A program made the translations under genes and the position numbers. Below, one piece after another: positions 55,169 through 64,000 of a stretch of DNA of 64,000 nt. The stretch lies in IMG/VR virus record IMGVR_UViG_3300036833_000232, positions 34,662 to 98,661 of that record, one strand, 5' to 3'. The stretch is from a virus (Duplodnaviria > Caudoviricetes). Position 1 is the first letter of the stretch, and each line of letters begins with the position of its first letter. The notes beneath the pieces were generated by a model that was given only the letters and a program-made list of their open reading frames with translations, did no database searches and was not told where the DNA came from.

Positions 55169-55606
55169 ATGAACTACGACCTGCCCACCCAGGCGGACAC
55201 CGCCGTCGAGGTCGGTGCCCGCATCCACGCAGCCCGCACCGCACGCGGCTACACCCAACGACAACTCGCCGCCATGCTCGGCTACGGCCAAACCACGATC
55301 TCCCACTGGGAATGCGGCCAGGTACCGGGAATGACCGTTGCGGACCTGATTGCCGTCGCCGGGGCGCTGAAGGTTCCGACCGCGGTGTTGATGCCCGCCG
55401 GCCCGGCACCCACCACTGCGGTCACTGGATACGATCCGTGCTGCGGCACCGGCTGGGTATGTGAGGGTCACCGCGCGCACCCAGCGGTCGGCCCGCACGC
55501 CTGCCTCGACGGCCCCGGCCAGCCCTGCCCGGCGTGCACACCACACGGCGGACACCCAACTTCGCCTGGCGCGGTGGTTCTCGCGGACATCCTGGGCATG
55601 CGGTGA
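55169..55606 (+). CDS. XRE HTH regulator with C-terminal Cys cluster
   Basis: GARI..AR...G.TQ.QLA...Q.TIS.WE.G. Confidence 0.8.
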   Translation: MNYDLPTQADTAVEVGARIHAARTARGYTQRQLAAMLGYGQTTISHWECGQVPGMTVADLIAVAGALKVPTAVLMPAGPAPTTAVTGYDPCCGTGWVCEGHRAHPAVGPHACLDGPGQPCPACTPHGGHPTSPGAVVLADILGMR

Positions 55607-55941
55607 CCGCGGTCTGGGAAAGCGTCGCCCTCGGTGGCCTGGTGCTCGTGGCCTACGTTCTCGGTGCGACGATGTCCCGCATCCTGTCCCACTGGCCGCG
55701 GCCCCCACGGTTCCAGGCTGGCACCAGCCACCCGCACACCACCCGGTGGCGTACCGGCCGACACGTCGGTCGCACCCTCTACACGGTCACCCCCGCTCAC
55801 CCTGACGGTCTGCTGATCGGGGTGATGGACACTCCCGCCGACGCCGAACTGGTGGTTGCCGCGGTCAACACCTACAACATGCACCGACCCCACCGGCGTG
55901 ACATCGATGACCCACCGCAGGACGCGAACACGCCAACATGA
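55603..55941 (+). CDS. Hypothetical protein with N-terminal TM
   Basis: WRTGR.VGRTLY...IG.MDT..AE.VV.AVN. Confidence 0.55.
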   Translation: MTAVWESVALGGLVLVAYVLGATMSRILSHWPRPPRFQAGTSHPHTTRWRTGRHVGRTLYTVTPAHPDGLLIGVMDTPADAELVVAAVNTYNMHRPHRRDIDDPPQDANTPT

Positions 55942-56534
55942 CCACAAGTGAGTGGGCACCAGCCGCAACCCACACCCTGACAGGCCCACTGGGTGTTGCC
56001 GCGAACATCCTGATCGACGTGGAACAGGTTCACCACACCGCCGGGTGGGACAACACCCCACCCACCCTGTACCGCGTATGCCACATCCCCGGCACCATCA
56101 CTGGATACTCGGTGCTGCCCTACCGGCTGGGACTCCTCCCCGACGTGCATCCCCGGGATGAGCTCGCCGCGTTCGCCGCCGGGATGGAAACCCCTGCCGG
56201 GGTCGCGACCGTGCTGTCCGGCTACCCCGGGCGCCCGTTCATCCACCTGCTGGTGATGGAGGCGTGGGGCCGGCAATTCTCCGGGCCTGCCGAGCGGGCA
56301 GCCGAAACCCGCATGTTCGCCGACATCCCGGGCAGCGTCGAACTCCGCACCGGGATCGCTATCCACGGTGACACCAGAGTGTCGTTGACCCGCCGACGCG
56401 GCACTGATCCGGTGCTCACGGTGTTACCGGACGCCGTCGATGGTGGCGGTATGCCGTCGTCGCTGTGCCGGATCCACCACCGCGTCACGGAGGCGTACGC
56501 GGCCCGCATGTTCAGGAAGGACCCGTCGACATGA
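55938..56534 (+). CDS. Hypothetical protein
   Basis: Coupled. Confidence 0.55.
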   Translation: MTTSEWAPAATHTLTGPLGVAANILIDVEQVHHTAGWDNTPPTLYRVCHIPGTITGYSVLPYRLGLLPDVHPRDELAAFAAGMETPAGVATVLSGYPGRPFIHLLVMEAWGRQFSGPAERAAETRMFADIPGSVELRTGIAIHGDTRVSLTRRRGTDPVLTVLPDAVDGGGMPSSLCRIHHRVTEAYAARMFRKDPST

Positions 56535-56893
56535 CCGACCACACCGGTGGCCAGGGGTCCCGCACCTCGCGGGCGTTGGACATCCTGTGCAAGTGGCGGG
56601 TGTTGCTCACCGGCTGGCAGGTAGGGACCCGCGACAAAACGGATCCCGAGGCGGCGGCGATCCGGGATCACCGTGAGGTGACGCTGCTGTTGCGGGCCGA
56701 ACTGTCCGCCCTCGTCGGGGTGTTGGTTCAGGTGGGTGTCCTCGATCAAACCCAGTGGTCGCGTGCCCTGGAGAAGGAGGCCAACCTTCTGTCGGAGGAC
56801 CTGTCCCGCCGGTTCCCGGGGGTTACCGCCGACGAGCACGGTTTGACCATTCGACCGGAAACTGCCGAGTGGATGTCGACATGGAAGCCGTGA
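56531..56893 (+). CDS. Hypothetical protein
   Basis: Coupled. Confidence 0.55.
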   Translation: MTDHTGGQGSRTSRALDILCKWRVLLTGWQVGTRDKTDPEAAAIRDHREVTLLLRAELSALVGVLVQVGVLDQTQWSRALEKEANLLSEDLSRRFPGVTADEHGLTIRPETAEWMSTWKP

Positions 56894-57663
56894 CATCGAT
56901 GTCAGACGGGTGGGACCACACCGACGGCCCGCTGGCCACACCAACCCGGATCGCGTTCGCCGGAGACTGGCACGCCAACACCCACTACGCCACTGCCGCC
57001 ATCGACTGGGCCGCCGTACACGGTGCCCAGGTCATTCTCCACACCGGTGACTTCGGCTACGGCCTCTCCGGCCTGTTCCTCGCCCGCCTCCCCAACGCCC
57101 TACTGGCCCGCCACATGCGACTCCTGTTCGTTGACGGCAACCACGAGCACCACGACGCCCTCAACCGGATGCCTCTCGACGACCACGGCCTGCGCCCGGT
57201 CGCACCCCTGATCTGGCACCTTCCGCGCGGCTACCGCTGGACCTGGGCGGGTGTCCGGTTCCTCGCGCTGGGTGGCGCCCACTCCGTTGACCGCCGACAC
57301 CGGGTACCGGGTGTGTCGTGGTGGCCGCAGGAAACCCTCACCACCACCGACGCGGCCACCGCTGTGGCTGGTGGCCGGGCGGATGTGATGGTCTGCCACG
57401 ACGCCCCCGCCGGCGTCGACATCCCCGGCCTGAACCCCCGCATGTGGCCAGAGGGGGAGGTCCGCGCCGCGAACAACCACCGTGAACTCCTCGCCACCGT
57501 GGTGTCCGCAGTGCAACCCCGCTGGCTGTGGCACGGCCACTACCACCGCCGCTACACCGCGAAAGGCCCCCCACCTGTGGACTGCCGGGTGGAGGGCCTC
57601 GACTGCGACGGTGTTGACCTGAACGACAACATCCAGGTCGTCGACCTCGCCGATCTACGCTGA
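56890..57663 (+). CDS. Calcineurin-like metallophosphoesterase
   Basis: GDWH, GDFG, DGNHE, HD.P, HGHYH. Confidence 0.9.
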   Translation: MTSMSDGWDHTDGPLATPTRIAFAGDWHANTHYATAAIDWAAVHGAQVILHTGDFGYGLSGLFLARLPNALLARHMRLLFVDGNHEHHDALNRMPLDDHGLRPVAPLIWHLPRGYRWTWAGVRFLALGGAHSVDRRHRVPGVSWWPQETLTTTDAATAVAGGRADVMVCHDAPAGVDIPGLNPRMWPEGEVRAANNHRELLATVVSAVQPRWLWHGHYHRRYTAKGPPPVDCRVEGLDCDGVDLNDNIQVVDLADLR

Positions 57664-57960
57664 CCGATCAAACTGTCGGGCCAAATCGTCGAGGTCCACG
57701 CCCCAAACAGCCTCGCGGATGAGGCTGGCGGCGGCGTACGCCGGATACGGGCCGTAGAACTCGCGACCGTGCAGGCTGATACCGGTGCCATTCAGCGCGG
57801 TGTTGATCGCCTCGACGTAGGCATGGGTCAGGCCGTCAGTGTCGAAGTCGGCGATGAACTCGCCGCAGTAGTTGCCGATGACGTCAGATGGCGCGTCAGC
57901 GGAACCGAATCCGAAGTCGCCGAACCCGCCGAGTTGAGTGGTGGCGTTGGTGTCGTTCAT
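57655..57960 (-). CDS. Small acidic protein
   Basis: AGGA RBS. Confidence 0.6.
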   Translation of the reverse strand: MNDTNATTQLGGFGDFGFGSADAPSDVIGNYCGEFIADFDTDGLTHAYVEAINTALNGTGISLHGREFYGPYPAYAAASLIREAVWGVDLDDLARQFDRSA

Positions 57961-58025
57961 GGTGCACGTCCTGCCCTGTGGTGGTGGGTGCGCTACGCCT
58001 CCCGGCGATGCGCGGGGGTCGGGGT

Positions 58026-58235
58026 CTACTCGCTGTACAGGGCGCGGACGGCGGCGATGTTCTCGGCCGGGCCGGTGCAGGTGTACGAGATGCCGTCGGT
58101 CGTGGCGTTCACCCCGACGCGCACCTGGTACTCGGCCTTGAGGTAGGTGACGTTGTCGGTGATGGTGCAGCCGGGGAGGTTGACGAAGTCGGCGTGGGGG
58201 GCGACCGGGGTGGTGTAGGTGTCGGTGGTGGTCAT
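58026..58235 (-). CDS. Small hypothetical protein
   Basis: GGGAG RBS downstream of a clear promoter. Confidence 0.6.
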   Translation of the reverse strand: MTTTDTYTTPVAPHADFVNLPGCTITDNVTYLKAEYQVRVGVNATTDGISYTCTGPAENIAAVRALYSE

Positions 58236-58248
58236 TTCACTCTCCCTC

Positions 58249-58292
58249 TGTGGCGGTAACTCTAGTATGCCATACGCAGGAGGGGGATGCAA
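58249..58292 (-). promoter_or_regulatory. Leftward promoter
   Basis: TTGCAT-17-CATACT; 27-nt core shared with the promoter at 59539. Confidence 0.6.
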
Positions 58293-58308
58293 GTCAGGAA
58301 AGTGCGAA

Positions 58309-58632
58309 CTACCGCCCCAAACCCAACCGCAACATCAACTGAGACCCACACGCCCGCGCCGACACCGACCCCCACTCCCCATGCGACAGGCACTTATGAC
58401 ACGTCACCACCGCCACCACCGGCACCAACCGCATCCAATCCCACCCACCCACCGGCGTATTACACGCCAACCCCGGCACCCGCACATCCAACAACCGCGC
58501 CGCCCGCATCGCATGCACCACATCCGACTCCGGCACCCGCACGTTATGCCCCGCAAACCGCTCCAACTGCCGCACCGCCTCCGCCACCAAAAACGGCGAC
58601 AACGCTAACGACGGGGCACCCTCCGCGTCCAT
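58309..58632 (-). CDS. Hypothetical protein (H, C, CxxC)
   Basis: Plausible Zn ligands. Confidence 0.45.
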   Translation of the reverse strand: MDAEGAPSLALSPFLVAEAVRQLERFAGHNVRVPESDVVHAMRAARLLDVRVPGLACNTPVGGWDWMRLVPVVAVVTCHKCLSHGEWGSVSARACGSQLMLRLGLGR

Positions 58633-58675
58633 GCCGCTACGGTAACCCGCAACCGCGACACCAGGGAGACACGCG

Positions 58676-58891
58676 ATGGCATGGGCCACCAAAGGCACCC
58701 CGCCGGGGCACCACTGCGACACCCCACCCGGCCTCACCCCCCAACCCGACGGGTCAGCTCAAACCGACGAGGGGGACACGGTGTGGAACGGCGCGATCTG
58801 GGGCTGCCCAGGATGCCTGACCCACTGGCAGTTCGTCGGCTTCTCGGAGTCCGGCGCCGCGGCTTGGCGCGAAGACACCACCTTCAGGTGA
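58676..58891 (+). CDS. Small hypothetical protein
   Basis: GGGAG RBS; W.CP.C...W. Confidence 0.5.
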   Translation: MAWATKGTPPGHHCDTPPGLTPQPDGSAQTDEGDTVWNGAIWGCPGCLTHWQFVGFSESGAAAWREDTTFR

Positions 58892-58894
58892 GGG

Positions 58895-59449
58895 TTACTC
58901 CTGCTCGGGCGGAACCTGCGCACGGCCCTCCCGGATCTCCCGCAACAACCCAAACAGAATGTCCAAATCCCCCGCATCCAGCCACCCACGCCGCTCCAAC
59001 ACCGCACCCACCAGAGTGTCCGACTCACTGGCCTCCGCCGCCGTCAACCACGCCCGCCCCATCTCCCGCGCCTCACCCGGCGACAGGGTCTCCTCCGCCT
59101 GGCCGCGGTGAAACTCGTTCCGCCGCGCCAACGCCACCATCCCCACATGGAGGGTGCTCGAACCGACCGGCAACAGGAACACCGTGCCCGGAGACCCGAA
59201 ATAGCGGGGCTGCCGACCGGTGAGCATCGCCGTGGTCAACTGCCCGATCATGCGTTTATCCAGCCCGATCCGCAGCAGTTCGCCGATCATCTCAGCGTAG
59301 GCGGCGCACGTGAACAGGTCCTCCGCGGTGGCCCGCACCTCACCGATCGGCGCGTACTTTTCGACGGCACCCCACCGCAGCAGACACGCGACCCCCATCT
59401 CGTGCCGGTCACGGGTCGACTCGATCTCAATTACCGCGTCACCAGACAC
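58895..59449 (-). CDS. Hypothetical protein
   Basis: GGAG RBS; globular composition. Confidence 0.55.
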   Translation of the reverse strand: MSGDAVIEIESTRDRHEMGVACLLRWGAVEKYAPIGEVRATAEDLFTCAAYAEMIGELLRIGLDKRMIGQLTTAMLTGRQPRYFGSPGTVFLLPVGSSTLHVGMVALARRNEFHRGQAEETLSPGEAREMGRAWLTAAEASESDTLVGAVLERRGWLDAGDLDILFGLLREIREGRAQVPPEQE

Positions 59450-59538
59450 GCCACTCCAAGTAGGTCGGGGGGTATGTGGCTGGAGGCTAGTGGTGTCCTG
59501 GCCGCGTTCGTTTGCGCGACACGCCCCTGTTCGTCGCG

Positions 59539-59583
59539 TTGACCGCCACCGCATGCTATGGCACACTGGAGTTACCACCACGG
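59539..59583 (+). promoter_or_regulatory. Rightward promoter
   Basis: TTGACC-17-CACACT. Confidence 0.6.
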
Positions 59584-59615
59584 GTGGCTGATCACACCAT
59601 CACAGGAGACGCGCC

Positions 59616-60080
59616 ATGGCCGACCCACCCGAAACCATGACCTCCGCCCAGGTCGCCGACTACCTCGGCTACACCGGCACCTGGCGGGCCTCCAGCGCCA
59701 ACCACACCCTCCGCCACAACGGCATCACACCGGTCAACCCCCACGCCCACATCCTCGAATGGGACGCCGCCACGGTTTACGCCACACTCGCACCCGAAAA
59801 CCGCCCCGGCCTCGGGGCCCCCGGCCGCCCCCGCCCCTACAACCGCGGCGAAAACAACCCCAACGCCAAAGTCACCCCCACGCTCGCCACCGAAATCCGT
59901 GCCCGCCACGCCGCCGGCCTCGCCGCCGCCGAACGCGCCCACAAAACCGGGGGAGACCGAGCCGCCCGCCGTGCCCTCACCGAAGCCCGCGCCACCCCCA
60001 CCACCCTCGCCGAGGACTACAACCTGTCCCGTCTCACCATCCGCCGCATCATCAACCAACCCACCACAGAAGGAACCTGA
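59616..60080 (+). CDS. DNA-binding protein (Xis-like N-terminus, NUMOD/HTH C-terminus)
   Basis: MTSAQVADYLG; RGENNPNAKVT...LAEDYNLSRLTIRRII. Confidence 0.65.
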   Translation: MADPPETMTSAQVADYLGYTGTWRASSANHTLRHNGITPVNPHAHILEWDAATVYATLAPENRPGLGAPGRPRPYNRGENNPNAKVTPTLATEIRARHAAGLAAAERAHKTGGDRAARRALTEARATPTTLAEDYNLSRLTIRRIINQPTTEGT

Positions 60081-60081
60081 C

Positions 60082-60429
60082 ATGCCGACCGACACCGTCC
60101 ACGCCGCGACCGGCCCACTGACACCCCTCGACATCCCTCGTGTCTGCTTCGACGCCGTCCACGCCGCTGACGTCGACTGGCTCAAGGAAGCATGGGTGCA
60201 GTGGCTGGAAGTCGCCGACGAGCAGGGCTTCAACATCGAAACCCTGCTGCTCTCCGCCGGAGACCCGGCCCGCTCCATCGCTGCCCGGGTGCAACACTCC
60301 GGCGTCACCTATGACCTGCGTGTCGGTCGCCTCGGCAACGGGCAGTTCACCGTGCGCGCGGTCGTGCCCCCCTGCCCGGAGTATGGGATCGGTGACCACG
60401 ACTGCGTCGAACACGAGTCTTCCCGGTGA
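60082..60429 (+). CDS. Hypothetical protein
   Basis: GAAGGA RBS. Confidence 0.55.
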   Translation: MPTDTVHAATGPLTPLDIPRVCFDAVHAADVDWLKEAWVQWLEVADEQGFNIETLLLSAGDPARSIAARVQHSGVTYDLRVGRLGNGQFTVRAVVPPCPEYGIGDHDCVEHESSR

Positions 60430-60806
60430 ACGCTGCGCCCCTCACCGCCCACGCCCCCGGCCTGTGGGTCACCACCACCAACGGCGGTGCTCTCCGCGCC
60501 GACCAAATTATCCACATCGATGTCATCCACGACACCGGAACACCACCCCCACCCGGCATCCTGGCCGGGGTCTTCGGCCGCCATCCCCGCCACTGGTGGC
60601 ACCTCACCGCGACCACCCCAACCACCCACCACGAGCCCTACCACATCGCCCACGGCACCAACCCCCACCAAGGCAAATACGCCCTCCGCCTGCTCCACGC
60701 CAACCTGGAGCAATACAGCCACTACGACGGGCACCTCACCTACCGCCGCGGCCCCGGAACCTGGCGATTCACCCCCAACCGCATCATCCGCGGAGTCCCC
60801 CGGTGA
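60426..60806 (+). CDS. Hypothetical protein
   Basis: Coupled. Confidence 0.5.
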   Translation: MNAAPLTAHAPGLWVTTTNGGALRADQIIHIDVIHDTGTPPPPGILAGVFGRHPRHWWHLTATTPTTHHEPYHIAHGTNPHQGKYALRLLHANLEQYSHYDGHLTYRRGPGTWRFTPNRIIRGVPR

Positions 60807-61234
60807 CCCACTTCTACGACGCAATCTTCACCGACGGCATCACCACCTACACCGTCCCCGGATTCACCACCCCCAACGAAGCAGACCAGTTCGGCACTGA
60901 CCACCACTGCGACCAACTCGACTACACCGGGCACGCCGAGCGAAGAACACCCCGCGACTTGGAACGCCTCATCGCCACCATGCAATTAACCCACGCTGCT
61001 CACACTGACACCCGCCGCTGGATCGGCGTCATCACCCGCTGGGACTTGGGTGCCCGCTGGGGATTCATCACCGGCGCCGACGGCAGCACCTGGTCCGCGA
61101 TGACCGTCAACCTCCCCACCGGCCACGACCGCCTGGATGTGGACACCAAAGTCACCTTCGCCGGCAACCCCCACCCCGCGCCCGGCCGAAAATACCCGTG
61201 CGCCTACACCATCCGACCCTGCGAGGAACCGTGA
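60803..61234 (+). CDS. Protein with C-terminal cold-shock (OB) domain
   Basis: G.ITRWD....WGFI...DG.......L......L....KV.F. Confidence 0.6.
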   Translation: MTHFYDAIFTDGITTYTVPGFTTPNEADQFGTDHHCDQLDYTGHAERRTPRDLERLIATMQLTHAAHTDTRRWIGVITRWDLGARWGFITGADGSTWSAMTVNLPTGHDRLDVDTKVTFAGNPHPAPGRKYPCAYTIRPCEEP

Positions 61235-61656
61235 ACGACATCGCCGAGGCCATCGCCCACCTCATCACAGACTGGGGCTGGCTCATCATCCTCGGCCTGG
61301 TCATGGGCGGGGGAGACGCACTCGGCCGGGTACTCGACGGCCGCCGGAAGACCGCAGTCCTGAAAGCCAAACTCGCCGCCGCCGACACAGAGAACGGGCG
61401 CCTGGAAAACCTCCTCACATCCGCGACCCAAACCCTCGGCGGCAGCAGCGCGGAGGGCGCGGAGATCGCCGGCCTCGTCGCGCAGGCTCGCACCGCGGTG
61501 GATGACCGGGCGGAGCTGATGGACCTGCTGAGTCAGGTGGAGGCCACCGACACGGCGGTGCCGCAACTACCGCAGAAACTCTCCGACGCGATCACTGACG
61601 TCCTCGGCCGCTACCGCAGCCGTCTTGCCAACCGGCAACGCGAAGTCCCCCGGTAG
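61231..61656 (+). CDS. Membrane-anchored coiled-coil protein
   Basis: N-terminal TM; GAGGA RBS. Confidence 0.55.
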   Translation: MNDIAEAIAHLITDWGWLIILGLVMGGGDALGRVLDGRRKTAVLKAKLAAADTENGRLENLLTSATQTLGGSSAEGAEIAGLVAQARTAVDDRAELMDLLSQVEATDTAVPQLPQKLSDAITDVLGRYRSRLANRQREVPR

Positions 61657-61659
61657 TGT

Positions 61660-61689
61660 TTGACACTACGGGAAAAAAGGGAGTAGTGT
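61660..61689 (+). promoter_or_regulatory. Sigma70-type promoter
   Basis: TTGACA-18-TAGTGT. Confidence 0.6.
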
Positions 61690-61725
61690 GTTACACATCA
61701 AGGCAAGGCCACCACGGAGGACACC

Positions 61726-62121
61726 ATGCAGCACCGCGACCCCACCCACCGCAAAGGCACCGGACTCCCCACGATCGTCCAACTCAACGAAGACGCCGAA
61801 ATCGCCTGGCAAGTATGGGATGCCATCCGCGCCGACCACTACAACGACGAAACCACCGTTAACCACGACGAGGTCAAGGCGGTTATCGCTGACCAGAGCA
61901 ACCCCAAGCTGGCCGACCTGGTGCGCATCGCCCAGGATGACGCCCAGTCGCGCCCCCTGGCTGGCATCTACCAGGAACAGGCCAATGCGTGGGCGATTCT
62001 CCAGGCCCTGGCCGCCAAGCAGGCCGAACTGTGGCCCCTGGCCCCGATCGTGGCGGACAGCAGCACCGAATGCCGCCACGGCGTCCCATTCACCGATGAC
62101 TGCGCCGACTGCGGGGTATGA
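61726..62121 (+). CDS. Hypothetical protein
   Basis: GGAGG RBS; C-terminal C.H......C..C. Confidence 0.6.
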   Translation: MQHRDPTHRKGTGLPTIVQLNEDAEIAWQVWDAIRADHYNDETTVNHDEVKAVIADQSNPKLADLVRIAQDDAQSRPLAGIYQEQANAWAILQALAAKQAELWPLAPIVADSSTECRHGVPFTDDCADCGV

Positions 62122-62124
62122 CCG

Positions 62125-62295
62125 ATGCCCCGCCCCGGCCCCCGCCGCGAGTACGTCGCGGTCCGACTCAAGCCCGAGGCCCTCGCCGCCGTCCAGGAAC
62201 TCGCCCAGGCAGAGACCGGCGACAACCTGTCCGAGATGATCCGCAAACTGCTGGCCGAGGCCATGGAAGCCCGGCGAGCCCGCTCAACCACCTGA
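62125..62295 (+). CDS. Ribbon-helix-helix (CopG-like) protein, 56 aa, absent from the ORF track
   Basis: Manual translation MPRPGPRREYVAVRLKPEALAAVQELAQAETGDNLSEMIRKLLAEAMEARRARSTT. Confidence 0.75.
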   Translation: MPRPGPRREYVAVRLKPEALAAVQELAQAETGDNLSEMIRKLLAEAMEARRARSTT

Positions 62296-62524
62296 TCTGC
62301 ACCCCACCGCGAGGCCCCGCGCAGCCTGAGCGAGGTGGCTCACGGACACCAGGATCCGGTTGGCACACCGTAAACCCGGAAACGATAACCAGCAAGCAGT
62401 TACCCTCCGGTACTGGTGCGACAAAACCGCAGGTCACACCAAAAACCCGCCAGTAACCACCCCACGAAAACACGCCGCCAACCCACGATGTGCGCCAACC
62501 ACACCAGAATAAGGAGAGACGTCT

Positions 62525-62653
62525 GTGCCGATCACATGCGAGGGCTGCCGTGACCACGGCGGCAACTGGGACTGCATGGGGGAGAACGACCCCGAGGACT
62601 GCAACTGCGAAAATTGCACCGGCAGCGACCTGTGCCCAGAGTGCGGCGAGTAG
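62525..62653 (+). CDS. 42-aa, 8-Cys microprotein, absent from the ORF track
   Basis: TAAGGAG RBS; MPITCEGCRDHGGNWDCMGENDPEDCNCENCTGSDLCPECGE. Confidence 0.65.
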   Translation: MPITCEGCRDHGGNWDCMGENDPEDCNCENCTGSDLCPECGE

Positions 62654-62687
62654 GCGAGTAGCAGAGCGAAACCGCCGCAGCGTCTGC

Positions 62688-63017
62688 CTATCCGGCGCGC
62701 CGCGGCGCTGGCGTCAACCAGCCCGGCGCATCCGGCCCGCCCGTCTGCACCAACTCCGCCTCCTGGTGCCCCGGTTCGTTCACAGCGAACACCATCCGCC
62801 CGGCCCGGCCGCACTCGACACAGGTCGCCTCGCGTTGCAGCGCGCCGGCCACATCGACGATGGGCAGCACTTGCCAGTCGGGGGCGGCGCACCACGGGCA
62901 CGGCATGTGGGTTTCGACTTCGGCGCCGTAGCCGGTGATGCGGTGGCTTGCCTGGAACCGCTGCTGGTATTCGTCGGCGGTGCGGGGTTCGACCATGCCG
63001 GGAGGGTAGCGGCGCAC
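62688..63017 (-). CDS. Zn-ribbon protein
   Basis: CPWC...CVEC. Confidence 0.55.
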   Translation of the reverse strand: MRRYPPGMVEPRTADEYQQRFQASHRITGYGAEVETHMPCPWCAAPDWQVLPIVDVAGALQREATCVECGRAGRMVFAVNEPGHQEAELVQTGGPDAPGWLTPAPRRAG

Positions 63018-63077
63018 CGTCTCACCACCAGGGCGCTCGGTTCGGTGTCCGCTAGCATCCCGGACGTGCCGGTCTCA

Positions 63078-63626
63078 ATGCCCGCGGACCTTCCCCGTAA
63101 CCGTTTCGCGTTGTGGACCGCCCACCGCGCCACTGGGTGGTGGACCGCCACCCTCGCCGTAGGGGTCGCCGTCACGGTGTTCCCCCACAGCCTGTTGCTC
63201 CTGTTTCTCAGCAGCACCATGCTGACGTCGCTGTTGTGGGTGCGGTGGGCGCAGTGGCGGCACGGTGCGGTGATGTGCCCGCGTTGCGCCGACGAGGTCC
63301 CGGTGAACGCCCCCGAGCGAGCTGCGGCCCGCGCTGGCACGCTGCGCGGATATCACCGCTACTACAGCCGCCGGTTCCGGGTCCTGGACCTGACCATGAT
63401 GCTGGCCTTCATGGGGTTGGCCCTCGGGTTGACTGTCGGCGGGGCCACTCCAGTGCCGTCGTTGTGGTACCTGTGGATGTGCCTGTCCACCGCGGTGGAG
63501 TGTTACTTGGCTGGTGTGCATCGGCCGTTGCAGCCGTGGTGCCCGCAATGCCGATGGGGGAGAGGCGGCGGCCGGGAACCATTACCGGCGCCGGTTCCGC
63601 CGGCGGGGGACACCGTCCAGGCGTGA
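63078..63626 (+). CDS. Membrane protein with His/Cys motifs
   Basis: 4 TMs, H....CPRC, H..LQPWCPQC. Confidence 0.6.
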   Translation: MPADLPRNRFALWTAHRATGWWTATLAVGVAVTVFPHSLLLLFLSSTMLTSLLWVRWAQWRHGAVMCPRCADEVPVNAPERAAARAGTLRGYHRYYSRRFRVLDLTMMLAFMGLALGLTVGGATPVPSLWYLWMCLSTAVECYLAGVHRPLQPWCPQCRWGRGGGREPLPAPVPPAGDTVQA

Positions 63627-63629
63627 ACG

Positions 63630-63664
63630 CGGAATGGCCCCTCCGCACAGAGGGGGCCATTCCG
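63630..63664. terminator. Hairpin between convergent genes
   Basis: CGGAATGGCCCC...GGGGCCATTCCG. Confidence 0.65.
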
Positions 63665-63697
63665 GTGAGATGCTTTGGCGCGAGCTCGACCGGAAGC

Positions 63698-63976
63698 CTA
63701 CTGCTGGTTGGTGTCCAGTCGGTCCCCGACGGGGCTGACCCAGTAGCCGCCCTGGTGCCAGCGCGGGTAGGTGCGGTCCAAGAACTCCTGCGACGTTCCG
63801 GGCAGCACAACGCTGGAGGAGATGGCTTTCCGGCCCGGGTTGGCCAGGTTGTAAGCATTGATCGCGCCGTACACGTTGTTCGTGGCTAGCCAGGCGATCT
63901 CGTCCTTGATGATCGGGTCGTTGTTGAGGTCTGTGCCTTCATCGATGGAACTGATGCCGAACTGTTCCATGTACAT
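63698..63976 (-). CDS. Hypothetical protein
   Basis: GAAAGGG RBS; start uncertain. Confidence 0.5.
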   Translation of the reverse strand: MYMEQFGISSIDEGTDLNNDPIIKDEIAWLATNNVYGAINAYNLANPGRKAISSSVVLPGTSQEFLDRTYPRWHQGGYWVSPVGDRLDTNQQ

Positions 63977-64000
63977 GTGGAGTGCCCTTTCTTGTGGTGG

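Noticed and set aside
62296-62510. Possible tRNA or structured RNA
   Set aside because: No cloverleaf or T-loop consensus found by eye
1-64000. Integrase/att site, relaxase/T4SS, DGR or retron reverse transcriptase
   Set aside because: No matching motifs seen in any ORF; they could lie outside the window

Overview
High-GC actinobacterial tailed-phage DNA (siphovirus-type tail; the near-cellular dnaB suggests an actinomycete host, possibly Pseudonocardiaceae, by inference). Layout: (1) 1-13.9 kb, + strand: tail tube, tail chaperone with a -1 frameshift site, tape measure, minor tail/receptor-binding genes (including a GH33 sialidase domain in frame behind a single TGA), a PLD/HKD enzyme and three membrane genes, then a terminator. 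(2) 15-27 kb, - strand: a block resembling the conjugation module of actinomycete plasmids/AICEs: FtsK-like TraB, Spd-like membrane proteins, a lytic transglycosylase, WhiB, and a clt-like cluster of 8-bp GGGGAGTG/CACTCCCC repeats in two opposed arrays. It is divergent from a GntR/UTRA (KorA/TraR-like) repressor, with palindromic operators over the promoter. (3) 27-34 kb: GntR-GNAT-PP2C, then a replication initiator with internal iteron-like repeats and a DnaA box, plus a DnaC-like loader. (4) 34-43 kb: ParB-like protein, DnaB, RecT-like annealase, HTH repressor. (5) 43-64 kb: early/accessory genes (WhiB, HNH, PAPS-reductase-like, C5 methylase, DUF4326/DUF5131 chimera, DUF1643, SLOG, metallophosphoesterase, many small ORFs). 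I saw no integrase, capsid/terminase, endolysin, tRNA or CRISPR. Best candidate for a notable system: a conjugative plasmid-phage; second, UGA read-through that adds a sialidase to a tail protein. All assignments come from motif recognition by eye; no database searches were run.
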